DNA of 64,000 bases from a virus (lineage: Duplodnaviria > Caudoviricetes). The stretch lies in IMG/VR virus record IMGVR_UViG_3300029305_011823; one strand, given 5' to 3'. Below the pieces are notes generated by a model. That model ran no database searches and was not told the origin of the DNA. It saw nothing but the letters and a program-made list of their open reading frames with translations. Below are positions 42,188 through 54,500 of this stretch, piece by piece; the first letter of the stretch is position 1, and every line of letters begins with the position of its first letter. A program made the translations under genes and the position numbers.

Positions 42188-43774
42188 TTAATGAACTATT
42201 TTACTACCACCTATAAATTCACGGACTATAGATGTATTTGGTATATCACTTACATCTTCTAATGGTATAAAATATTGTAATAATCTTAGAAGCCTTATTG
42301 CTTCTAGATATGCTGGACTCTCAGGTTTTATTTCTTCTAATAAAGGTTGAGCATATACTTTTAATAAAGCCAATTCATGTAATCCCGCTGAATTAAACAT
42401 AACATCTGCTTGTTCTTGATAAGGGAATATATTAAGTTCTTCTCCTCTTCTTACAGATCCCCATGACATTATTGTAGCTTCAGCATTACATCCTCTATGT
42501 GTATTATCTCTAACCATACGTCTTAATAATCTTAAATCTGTAGTTGGTATTCTACTATGATTATCTAAGTTAATTTGAGTTAATACTGATAGGTATATCT
42601 TGAACTTATCTTCTTCAGCGATATCTCTAGTTAATATAGGATTTAAGCCATGTATACCTTCTATTATAACAACTTCATCTTTATTTAGCTTCATAGTTTT
42701 ATCTGTTATATATTGCTTTCCTTCTACGAAATCAAATTCTGGAACGTATATTTCTTCTCCGTTTAATAAAGCTTTTAAATCATCATTGAATTGGTCAACT
42801 CTAATAGCTTTAATTGTTTCATAATCATATTTACCGTCTTCATCAAGAGGTGTATCTTCTCTATTAACAAAATAGTTATCCATAGATATTGCCACTGTAT
42901 TTATTCCATTCACTCTTAAATGTATACTTAATCTATGAGCAAAACTAGTTTTACCTGATGATGAAGGTGCAGCTATTAATACTATTTTCTTTTTCTGTTC
43001 TTTTATCATATCTGCAATATGAGCTAATTTCTTTTCTTGCATAACTTCAATAGTTCTTATCATATTTCCATATTTACCATTTTCAATAACTCTATTTAAA
43101 TCTACAACATTCTCAATACCTAATACATTAGACCAATCTTCAAATTCCCTATATATACTTGCTAATTTAGCTTGGTCTTTAAATTCGGCTATTTTACGAA
43201 TATTCTTTTTATTAGGACCTAATAATATCATACCATCTTTATAAGCTCTAATACCAAATGTTTGTACATAACCTGTAGATGGTAACATGTGCCCATAAAA
43301 ATGTTCTATGAATCCTTCACATTCATAAAGTTTAACTCTAGGCTTTTCTTTATATTCTAAAAGTTCTGCTTTCTCTGACATATTACGGTCATTTAATAAT
43401 ATCATAGCTTCTTCTTTATTTACAATAATTTTATTTATCGGTAAATCTTGATTGACTATTTCTTTCATTTTTAAAACTATTTTACTCATATCATAAGGTT
43501 TTTCAACCTCACAATATAATCCACCACATAAGGCATGTTCTATTACAACTTTCTGATTTGGATATAATTCATCACAAGCCATAATAAAAATAAATTTTAA
43601 TGTTCTAGAATATACTCTATACCCATCTGGATTTGAAATATCTAGAAATTCAATATTATCCACTTCAGGGTCTACTTCAAAATTTAATTCTCTAAGTTTA
43701 TTATTTACTTTAGCTAACATAGGATATTCAAATCCTATTTTCATCGCATAATCGTTTAATTTAATCATATTCAT
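42188..43774 (-). CDS. Uridine/nucleoside kinase family protein with ThrRS-like N-terminal domain
   Basis: APSSSGKT P-loop; SMDNYF, EGIHGLN, RLLRRMVRD and REFIGGS motifs. Confidence 0.88.
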   Translation of the reverse strand: MNMIKLNDYAMKIGFEYPMLAKVNNKLRELNFEVDPEVDNIEFLDISNPDGYRVYSRTLKFIFIMACDELYPNQKVVIEHALCGGLYCEVEKPYDMSKIVLKMKEIVNQDLPINKIIVNKEEAMILLNDRNMSEKAELLEYKEKPRVKLYECEGFIEHFYGHMLPSTGYVQTFGIRAYKDGMILLGPNKKNIRKIAEFKDQAKLASIYREFEDWSNVLGIENVVDLNRVIENGKYGNMIRTIEVMQEKKLAHIADMIKEQKKKIVLIAAPSSSGKTSFAHRLSIHLRVNGINTVAISMDNYFVNREDTPLDEDGKYDYETIKAIRVDQFNDDLKALLNGEEIYVPEFDFVEGKQYITDKTMKLNKDEVVIIEGIHGLNPILTRDIAEEDKFKIYLSVLTQINLDNHSRIPTTDLRLLRRMVRDNTHRGCNAEATIMSWGSVRRGEELNIFPYQEQADVMFNSAGLHELALLKVYAQPLLEEIKPESPAYLEAIRLLRLLQYFIPLEDVSDIPNTSIVREFIGGSKIVH

Positions 43775-43847
43775 ACCTCTCCTCTTCTTTATAGTTTATT
43801 ATGTTGTTACATATTAAATAAAAAAAATTAAAGAGGATCACTCCTCT

Positions 43848-44213
43848 TTAATAGAAATCATGATATGAATTTATATAATAATGTTCCATGAAATATTCAG
43901 GTATTTCTGTAGGTTCGTCAACTTCTTTAATCACTGAGAATGAATCAAATGTTCCATATCTTGCTAACATTCCTACGAAATCTTTAACTGTGTCCATTAC
44001 ATCATAATTTTCCCAATCGATTTCATTTAATATAATTTTAACATAGAAATCATTATTTTCACATCCAATGTCTATTCCATTTCCATAGCCATGATAATCT
44101 GCAGAATATAAATCTCCACAGAATGCTACAGCATTACTTAATGCTTTAAATGTTGTTAATGTGTCAAATTCTTCATTTTGTTTTACAACTATTTTAATTA
44201 TATAATTTTTCAT
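43848..44213 (-). CDS. Hypothetical acidic protein (likely start MKNYIIK)
   Basis: AGGAGG RBS before ATG at 44213. Confidence 0.7.
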   Translation of the reverse strand: MKNYIIKIVVKQNEEFDTLTTFKALSNAVAFCGDLYSADYHGYGNGIDIGCENNDFYVKIILNEIDWENYDVMDTVKDFVGMLARYGTFDSFSVIKEVDEPTEIPEYFMEHYYINSYHDFY

Positions 44214-44226
44214 ATTTACATTCCTC

Positions 44227-44802
44227 CTATAAATTATTAATACAATTTTCCATAAATTCATATGTTCTAGGTGTATTTTCTTTTAATCTTTCAGGATTTA
44301 ATATATATTCTGCAAATGCTGATGCAAAATATTCTAACTCATTTGATGTAAAATATTCATGGTTATTATCTACTGCAAAATTTTCTTTTTCACTTAGATA
44401 AATATCCATAAATTCTTCACTTTCACTTATAAATCTAATTGCTAATTCATCATCTAATACATGACCATATTCATGTAATGTAGTTCTTTCAACATATAAA
44501 TCTATGTTTGATATTTTAATAGTTCTAAAACCAAAATATGTTCTTCCTAATGTAATATATCCGTCAATATCTGAATCCATTTCATCTACTACGTAAATTT
44601 TATAATTTTCTTCTTCAACTAATTCTTTTACCTTTTCAGGTAATTTATCATAAGCGTTCCAAACTCTTTCATAAACTTCTCCATTTGTATAAATATTCTC
44701 ATTACACATTAATAACTTTCCAGGTATTTCTGATTCAAATAAAAGATACCAACAACCTAAGAATCCAATTATATATATCCAAATAGCAAATTTATTCTTC
44801 AT
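44227..44802 (-). CDS. Membrane-anchored ATLF/PPEP-1-like zinc metalloprotease
   Basis: N-terminal TM; LHEYGHVLD...EYFASAFAEY...LKENTPRTYEFM. Confidence 0.75.
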   Translation of the reverse strand: MKNKFAIWIYIIGFLGCWYLLFESEIPGKLLMCNENIYTNGEVYERVWNAYDKLPEKVKELVEEENYKIYVVDEMDSDIDGYITLGRTYFGFRTIKISNIDLYVERTTLHEYGHVLDDELAIRFISESEEFMDIYLSEKENFAVDNNHEYFTSNELEYFASAFAEYILNPERLKENTPRTYEFMENCINNL

Positions 44803-44877
44803 CCAATTCCCTCCATTTATTTTATAGTTTGGAACATATAAAAATAATAAGGGAGAATAATTTCTCCCTTACCACAA

Positions 44878-45408
44878 TTATTTTATAACATCTTTAAGCC
44901 AATCAGGACAAGTTGATTGAGCTTTAAGTTTTCTATGTTTTTTGTATAACACTTCTCTAGCTTCTGAATCATCTGCTCCTGGTCTTTTTGTCATTTTAAC
45001 TTCTTCTTCATAATCTTCTATTAGAAGACTACATTGTAGGTCAGGCTTAGCTATGAAATTAAACTTCTTGCCTGTATCTACATAATTTAATATTGTCTCA
45101 CTTGCTACTTCATATATTGCACTTACATCTCTGAATTGATAATCGTTTGTTAATATTCTTTCTGCTTCTTGTTTATCTACGCCAAAATCTAATAATATTT
45201 TCATTACCATTTTTCTGAAATCTAATGGTACATTTATTTCTTCTTCTACTAATTCACCATTCTTAGTTTTTGCTATTGTTGTTGTATTACCTATGTCATT
45301 TAAATATGCAGCTGTCAAATCATTAAATAATTCACGGCTAAATGATCTTTTTCCTCCGTTATTTAATTCTTCTTTCACTTCATTTACTAATTCCATATAA
45401 GTTTTCAT
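44878..45408 (-). CDS. Hypothetical protein, possible HU-like arm at the C-terminus
   Basis: Preceded by class-1 (45456-45487) and class-2 (45492-45503) motifs; HU-like similarity is weak inference. Confidence 0.7.
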   Translation of the reverse strand: MKTYMELVNEVKEELNNGGKRSFSRELFNDLTAAYLNDIGNTTTIAKTKNGELVEEEINVPLDFRKMVMKILLDFGVDKQEAERILTNDYQFRDVSAIYEVASETILNYVDTGKKFNFIAKPDLQCSLLIEDYEEEVKMTKRPGADDSEAREVLYKKHRKLKAQSTCPDWLKDVIK

Positions 45409-45455
45409 ATACAATTACCTCCAATAATTTTATATTTTTATTTTACTTCACCTAT

Positions 45456-45487
45456 ATAATATAGCATTGAAATTTCACCTTTTTACA
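45456..45487 (-). promoter_or_regulatory. Class-1 (putative early) promoter
   Basis: 32-bp motif copy. Confidence 0.75.
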
Positions 45488-45518
45488 CTTATAATAATTT
45501 GTTAGAATTCGTATAGAA

Positions 45519-45530
45519 AACAATACTCTA
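45519..45530 (+). promoter_or_regulatory. Class-2 (AR9-like late) promoter AACA-N6-TA
   Basis: AACA-ATACTC-TA just upstream of the RBS of the 4002-aa tail gene. Confidence 0.6.
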
Positions 45531-45567
45531 AGGACAATTAAAACTCTGAAAGAAAGGAGAAAACCAA

Positions 45568-48500
45568 ATGGCGAAAAAAGATTCGAATAAAGGTAAAGAC
45601 ATTAAAGACAGAATTAAGAAACAAGTTCCTTCAAATGATTGGTTTCTTAACGTCGGTAAAAGTATGGGATTTGCAACTCAAGAATTAATTCAAGAGTTAA
45701 TGCCTAATACATCTAGTACAGTTGACTGGAATAAAAACGTTATTAACATAGCTGATATGGTTCAAGACATTAGAGATAACAATGGTATCAGAAAAATGTT
45801 TGGTAAGCAACTAGGAAATATTCCTGCATTTAAAGTTGCTCAAGAAGGTTGGTCTAATGTTAAAGCCGATTTTAAATCAGGTAACTTTTATAATAAAAAT
45901 AGAGCTATGGGTCTAAATGATGACGGTGAATTTAGTTTCGATGACTTTTCATTTGACAATGGTGGTGTTGAATTTATAGATGACGATGATAGTGGTGGCG
46001 GTGATGAACCTGTTGAGGATTCTTCTGGTGGTGGAAGACCTCCTGTCACTGTTATAAACACAATGCCATTGGCTAAAGCAATATCTTCAAGTGCTGAAGC
46101 TAATGTTAATGCTATAGCATCATTGGGTCAACAACAATTTGCTATGGAATCTGAAAAATTGATGATGAATAAGCAATCATTTGAAGGCTCAATGAGTGCT
46201 TTAAATTCTATCAATGAAAACTTAGCTTTATTAGTTCAATTCAACTCAGATTCAACTGCTAAATATCAAGCAGCAGCTCTTAAATATTTTGAGCAATCTT
46301 TAGAGTTGATGGAAAAACCAGAGGAAGATAAGAAAAAGAAAAATCTTTGGAATCCATTTACTGCAGAGGGTGGATTAAAACTTGATGAATATGCTGAAGT
46401 AGTTAAAGAAAATATTAAAGATATAAAAGACAGTAATATTGCTTTATCTACGATGTATGATATTTTTGATAATCCTGAATTGATTAAAGGATTTGCAGAT
46501 AACCCTATAGGTACACTAATGACCGCAATGGGTAGAGGTGTTATTAACAAAAAATTTAAAGAAGCTAAAGGTAAGTTAGGTGAACTTGATAAAAACCTTA
46601 ATATGATCATGCCTGCTTTATTGGCTAGAATAAACACATTTGAAGGTAATCAAGATGATAACCTATTACAAAATTTAAATAAAGTATTTGGATATAAATA
46701 CAAGCTTTCTTATGATGTTGATTTAGGCGACTATGAAAAAGGAGCTATTTCTTGGGACGGAGAAAGTAAAAAAGCACTAGTTGAAGTTATACCTTCTTAT
46801 TTAAGAAGAATAGAAAGTGTTCTAACTGGTGGGGATGAAAGAATATATAACTACAGTACAGGTAAGTTTGATGATATTGCAAGTATTGAGAAGTTTTATA
46901 ATGATAAATTAGCTGAAAATGAAGTATCTGGATTTACAAATGTACGTTCATATATAAACGATGTTGTAAATGAATTAGGATTATCAATTGATGCTAAAGA
47001 CCAAGTCATGAAAGATTTTAATAACTACTTTAGAGCTATGACTAAACAAGGTTATTTAATACGACATAATGACCCAAGAGATTCTATGAAAATGGGTGAG
47101 ATTGTTGGATATGATAAAGACAGAGAAAAGCTTTTAGGTAGAATACTTGATGAACTTCCTAATCATATAAAAGCTGAAATGACTACTATGGCTATATCTG
47201 ACAGTAGAGAAAGAACTAACAACTTTATGGAAGAAGTTAGAGCAAATCCTAATTTATCAGGTTATTCGTATTTAAAAAATGACTTAGACAAAGATGGAAA
47301 AATGCGTTATACTGCAAGTAAAACACCACTTGCTCTATCACCTGATAAATATGGTTTAAATCAATTAGATTACTTACGTGATATACGTTCAGCACTTATA
47401 AATGGTATTAGAGTATTTCCTGACCATACTAGAAAAAGTAGAGGAAACCAACCTAATGCTGGCATATTAGCAAGAGAACGTTTAGAAGAAGATGCCTACG
47501 AACAAAGAATCCGTGAAGAAGAAGATGCAAAACAACAAGAAGAACAATACACACAATATAGACGACAAGGTAGAAGTGTTGCAGAAGCTGCAAATATTCC
47601 TGATAGTAACTGGAAGGAAATGTTTAAAGAAGATACACCTATTGATCAAGCAGATTATTTAACAATGATGGATAAACTTAATAATAAAGTAAGTGATGTT
47701 GTTTATAATATGCTTTATGGTGAAGACAACTATCAAGATAAAGCATTAGAAAAACTTAATAAAATGTATCAAAAAGGTAAACCTATACTTCAAAATATGA
47801 AAGACTTCTTTGGCGATACAATGAAAGCATTTAGATGTTTCTTTACAGGTCAAGGTTATGTAACATCTGATGGAGTTAGAGTTGAAGGTGAAGATAGTTT
47901 ACTAGGAAGTATAAAAACATCTATACTTGGAATAAAAGATAAATTCAGTGAAGCTACTAAAGAAGGAGGAATGTTTCAAAATTTCTTCGATGACTTCATG
48001 GATGGATTTGATACTTTTAAAACAAGTTTATTTGGTGAAAAGAGATTAACTGAAAATAAAGGTAAAGAAACTTTTCAAAATCTAATGAGTAAAGTAAAAC
48101 AAAGATTACCAAAAGCATTAGGATATGGATTAGCTGGTGGAATGGTAAAAACTGTATTTGCTTCTAATTTAGGTTTATTAGGAAACTTCTTAATGCCTGG
48201 TGGTCCAATAGCATCAGTTTTAATGGGAACTACATTTGGTTTCTTAAAACAATCTGAAACATTTAATCGTTATATGTTCGGTGAAAAAGACGAAAACGGT
48301 GAAAGAGTTGGAGGATTAATTTCTAAAGCTTGGCAAGATAAATACCAAGAGTATAAAGGAGTTATTGGTAAAGGTGCTGGTATTGGTATACTAGGTTCTT
48401 TATTCTTACCTGGTGGTCCAGTTGCTGGAGCTATAATGGGTATAGCTGGTGGTATAGCTTCTAAAAATGAAGCATTCCAAGAATTCTTATATGGTAAAGA

Positions 48501-51500
48501 TTATAAAACTGATGAAAAGAAATCGATGATGAATGGAGTATTTGGTAAAGCATTTAAACAGTTATCAGGAAGCGATGATCCTAAATTAGCTAAATTCTTA
48601 GGTAGTGTTGGTGCAGGTATAGGTGTGGCTCAAGGTGTAGGTTTATTACCTTCATTCTTATTACCTGGTGGTCCTATAATGGGTGCTATGTTAGGTTTAG
48701 CTGGTGGTATAGCTGCTTCATCAAACAAATTCCAAGAATTCCTTTTAGGTGAAAAAGATATAGACGGACAACGTCATGGTGGTTTATTAACAAAAGCTGC
48801 TAACTGGTTCAGTTTAACTTTTGCTCAACCATTAAAACTAAAATTCACAGAATTTAACGATTTCTTATATGGAATGTTTAGAAAACATATATTCGATCCT
48901 CTAGCTAGATCGTTTGAACCTATAGTACACGGAGTTAAAAACGTTTTCATAAATGCTAAAGATTCACTTGTTGAAGCATTTACTAGAATAACAAATCCAA
49001 TAGTTGAGGCTTTTAAAGAAAACATAATTGATCCTATATCAACAGTTGTTAAAAAAGTTATTCTAAATCCTATTAAATGGATAATGAAGAAAACATTTGG
49101 GTTCTTAACTAAATCTTTAGTTGGACTTATTACAGCTCCTATAAGTATAGTTGGTAGAGCTGCTGATATGTATAACTCATACTCTGCTGTAAGACAAGAG
49201 AAATTTAGACGTCGTAGAGAATATGATAAAAATACACCTAAAGAAGAAAGAAATTATCACGATCGTAAAAAAGCTGGAAAACTAACAAGAGAAGAGAAAA
49301 AAGAGTTAAGAAAAAATGTTTCATATAGACAAGGTAAAACTTGGGGTGAAAAGAAAAAAGAACAAAAAGACGCTTATAAAGAAGACATGGCTAAACGTAA
49401 AGATCGTCGTGAAGAAATGAAGCGTCAATTTGAAGAAGATAAAAAATTCGCTAAAGAAAATGGCTATAAATATAGAAGTCAAAAACAAAAAGAAAAAAGA
49501 GAAGCTGAGCTTAGAGAAAAAGAAATATGGTTCCAAGAACAACAATTAATGCAAGCTCAAGATACTGATGAAAAAGTTGAAAAAATTTCAGATAATATTA
49601 TTAAGTTATCAGATTATCAAAATAATACAACTACTAAATTAGACGTTATAACAAATACAGTTAGAGAAGGTTTTAATAAATTAACTGAAAAACTTGGACT
49701 TTCTGCTCCTTCTGAAGAAACTGTTGAAGAAGATCATATGACTGCAATATATGATTTCTTAGATAGAGAAACTGCAAAGGATGAAAATGTAACACTTAAA
49801 GAAGCACTTGATGATTTAAAAGGAGAATTTAAAACAGTACTAGGTCATCTTAAAGAAACTGACAAAGTTGATACTAGTAGTTCTAAAGGAATAAATCCTA
49901 ATGATCTTGTTAATATAACAGATGAAGACTTAAATAAAATTTATTCATTCTTAGATAATAAAGTTCAACAAGATGAAAGTACTAAACTTAAAGGTGCACT
50001 TGATGATCTACCAGCAGATTTTAAAGCTATCTTTAAAAATAAAAAATCTGTAACACTTGATACAGGTGATAATAAAGTAATAGATTTTAATGCTGTACGT
50101 AAGCAATTACGTGATGATGATCAATCACATGCTGATGGATTAGATAAAGTACCTTCAGATGGTTATCTTGCTGAATTACATGAAGGTGAAATGGTTGTTC
50201 CTGAAAAACCAGCTGGAAAACTTAGAAATCTTATGAATAAAGCAGGTAAAGGATTTAGTGGATTAACTGATGTATTATCTGAAACTTCTGAAGAAGATAT
50301 CGACCATAGAGAAGATGACAATGGAATGATCGAAAAATCACTACGTAAAGGTGCAGTTGGATTTGGTCATATGTTAGCTAATACTATGCGTGGTATAGGT
50401 GGAGCTTTTGGAAAAATTGGTACATTCTTCGGTAAAATGAGTGGAGATGAAAAACGAGACAGAGAAGATAATGCAATGCAATTATCTGATATGGAAGCTG
50501 ATAGATTAAAAGAAATTGAAGATAAAGCACGATATGATCATGCTTCTAGAAAAAATGCAGACTTTATACAAGAACAAATAGCTGCTGAAAATAAAGAAAA
50601 AGCAGATAGAAAATGGAAAGATAGTTTATTAAATGCTATCAAACATCTTGGTGGAATAGCTGCAGCTGGTGTTGGTGCTGGAATGAATCTATTCGATCTT
50701 ATGAAAGATGGTATGAAAGGCTTACTAGATAAATTCAGTGGATTAGGTAGTTTACTAGGTTCATTAGCTTTACCATTCGGTATTGAATCTCTTATTAAAA
50801 TGGGAGATGACTATATCAATAGTCCTGAATATAAAGAAGGATATACAGATGTAGATGCTGACGGAGATGGTGAAGGTGATGAGATATACAACAACTGGAA
50901 CATACAAAAATGGAGAACTAGACTTTCTGCTAGAAAAGCTTATATAAAACCTTTCCAAATAGCTAAAAAGAGAATTTACGACCCTCTAAAAGAAGCAGGT
51001 GGTAAAGCAGTTAAATCAGTAAAGAATATGGGTAAAAAAGCAAAAACTGTAGGTAGTAAAGCAGTTAATAAAGTAAAATCAACAAAAGCTTATCAAGCAG
51101 TATCTAATAAGTTAACATCATCAAAATTATATAATAAATTCTTTAATAAAGGTGTTACAGAAACTGGTGATAATGTTATAGACTTAGCTGCTAAGAGAGC
51201 TGCTAAAGAAGGAACTGAATCAGCTACTACAAAAGTATTTAAAGAAACTGCTGAAGGTGGAGCTGGTAAAGTAATCAATTTCGCAGAACAAAAATTAATG
51301 AAGGAAGCTGCTGAATCAGGTACAGGAAAAGCTGTAGGTAAAGTAATTGGTGAAGGTGTTGAAGCTGCTACAGAAAATAAAGGATTAATTACTAAAATTG
51401 TTAAGTATGCTAAACAAGGAGTTCAATACTTAGCTGACTTAGTTGTTAAAAAATTCCCAGCAGTTGGAAACATAGCTAGTAAATTACTTAAAGTGGTAGA

Positions 51501-54500
51501 TCCTATATTAACATCACTTATTAAAAATTCAGATTCAATAGTAGCTAAATTTGCTAAGAAAATAGCTGCTACATTAGGAAAAGCTACTGCTGGTGCAGCA
51601 ACTGGATTTGTGTTAGATGCTGTATTTGCAGTTGGAGATTTAGCAACAGGTCTTACTGCAGGAAATGCTGGTAACTTATTTGGTGTTTCACCTGAAAACG
51701 TTGATGGTAGAATGAGAATAATAAGTTCAATATTCCAAGCATTCTTTAATTTTAGTTATATAGCAATAGTTTCATTAGTTAACGAAATTACTAATGCAAT
51801 GTTTAATTACAACTTTATCCGTCAATTAGCTATAGCTGTTTATAATCTTACAGGTGGAAAAGCTGAATTTGGAATGAGGATAACACCTGCAGAAATTGAT
51901 AAATGTACATCAATAGAAGAAGCTTTACAAAAAATGGATATAACTGATTACGGTCCATTAAAAGATGATAATGGAAATTGGAAAGATTTCAGTGCTGTTA
52001 AAAATGAAGAACTTGGTGGAGTAATAACTGAAGCTGAACAAATGGAATTAGCAAGATTACAATATAACTTAGCTAATGATACAAAATTAAGTTCTCAAGG
52101 CTGGTTAGATAAAGAATCACAAACTTTTGGAAGTAAAGTGATGACTGGTATTAAGAAAACATTTACTAGAGATACAGCACAACAAAAATACAATAAACTT
52201 ACTAATAAAGCTACTAAGAAAAAAGAAAAGGCTAATGAATATAGAGAAAAAGCTAAAGAATCTAAAACTATATTTGGTAAAGCTTGGAATAATAGTATGG
52301 CTTGGTTAAATGATAAATCTGCAGCAAGAGCTGAAAAGAAAGCAGAAAAAACTAAAGTTAAAGCTGCTAAGAAATTAACTAAAGCACAAGGTAAAGTAGA
52401 TTATCATACTCAAAAAGCTGAAGAATCAAAAGGTATATTTAAAGCTTATCATAATTGGAGAGCTAATGCTAATCAGAAAAAAGTTAAAAGATATACTATG
52501 GACGATGGTAAAGTAACTTCTGCTGATGGAGGAACTACTACAGGATCAGCTCCTGTACAAGAAGAAGTTCCTATATTAAAACCAGAAGAAGTTATACATG
52601 GTTTAACAATGGCACCTGGAGAAACTGTACAGGATGAATATGGTAATGTATACGATCATACTGGAAAATGTATTTCTTCACCTAACTGGGATCATGCTGG
52701 TATGGGTGACGGAGACGATACATTATATGATCAAAATGGAAACCCAGTCGATTCAACAGTCGTAAGAGCTGATAAAGATGGTAATTTATACGATGTCAAT
52801 GGTAATCCTGTAACTAAAGGTAAACCATCTAAAAAGAAATCTGGTAAACTTGCAAAATTATGGGATGGTACTAAAAACTTATTTAAAACAGGATCTGCTA
52901 AAGTAGGTAAAGGAATTAAAGATGGAGTTACACAAATTGGTAAGGATACTAAAGCATTCTACTCTAACCCAATTGCATTTACATTAAATAAATCAAGTGA
53001 GTTATTAGATAAAGGATGGAGTAACTTTAAAGCTAACCAAGAACGTAAAAAAGCATTAAAAGAAAAAGCTAAAGAAGGTATAAAAAAAGGTGCTGGAAAA
53101 GTTAAAGACGTTGTTGGTAAAGGCATAGACAAAATTAAAAATAATGAAAAAGTTAAAGAATTTACAGGTAATCTTAAAGCAGGATTATCTAAAGGAATTG
53201 ACGAAGACGATAGTGCAGGAACAAAAGCAGCTAAAGTTGTTAAGAATCTTAATAAAATGATAGCTGACAAAAAGAAAGAAATGATGGAAGATATCAAGAA
53301 AACAGTTACTGAATCTATAAAAAGTATAGGTAAATTATTTAAAGACTTAATAACTAATGTTGGTAAAAAAATCGGTGAATTCGGAACTAAGATAAAAGAA
53401 GGATTTACAAATGGAATAAAAGCTATTGGAGAAGGATTTAAGAAAGCTGTTAAAGCTGTTGGAGATGGAATAACTAATAAAGTAAATGACTTAAGAAATA
53501 CATTCTCTAAAGAAAATCTTAAAAAGACATTAGAAGAAAAAGTTTCAGAAATTAAAGAAGGTTGGGGTAACTTAACAGGTTCATTTACAAAAATATTTGA
53601 CGATATAGGTAAAAAATTTGATGAATTCAAAAAAGGATTTAGTAATATCAAATTACCTAAATTATCACTTGATGCTATAAAAGTATCTTGGCAAACAGTT
53701 AAAGATTTCTTCTGGGATTTTGGTAAAGAGATACTTAAAGGTGATGACGGATTTGAATCAGGAGCAAATGTACCTTTAAATCAACAATTAAAACCTAAAA
53801 ACTATGTCTTTGCTGATACTGATAATGATGCATCTGAAGCTGAAGTTCGTAAAGTTACATTAACAGGACTTAGAGATAAAGGAAATACACACAACTTCCC
53901 ATACTATGCTCAAGCAGATAGTAGATGGGGTAATGAAAAATTAATGGGTGGTAAATCTATAGGAGATGTTGGTTGTGGACCTACATCTACAGCAATGGTT
54001 ATGACACATTTAACAGGTCAACGTATAACACCAGATACAATGGCTAAAGCTGGAGAAGGAATATTACCAGGATATACATCTTATAATTACTTCCCAACTG
54101 TAGCTCAAAAATTCAAAATGAACTATTCTGAAGCAAATGATGTTAAATCTATAAGAGCTAAATTAATGGCTGGAGAACCAGTTATATTAGCAGGTACAGA
54201 TAAATCATTAGATAATTCTACTCCTTATACTACAAAAGGACATATAGTAGTTGCTACAGGTATAAAAGGAGATAATGTAGAAATAAACGACCCAAGAGGT
54301 CCTGCTTATAGTGGAAGTTATAGATTAAATAATATTATGAAGGGATTAAAACGTGGTATAGTTTTATCTTCTTCTAAATCAACTAATACAGTAGGATTAC
54401 CTTCTTCAGGAGTATATAATCCTATAACTGAAATGACTGGTAAATTAGAAACTTCAGGAGATCTACCAACAGATGATGGTGTAGTAGAAAATCTTGGTGG

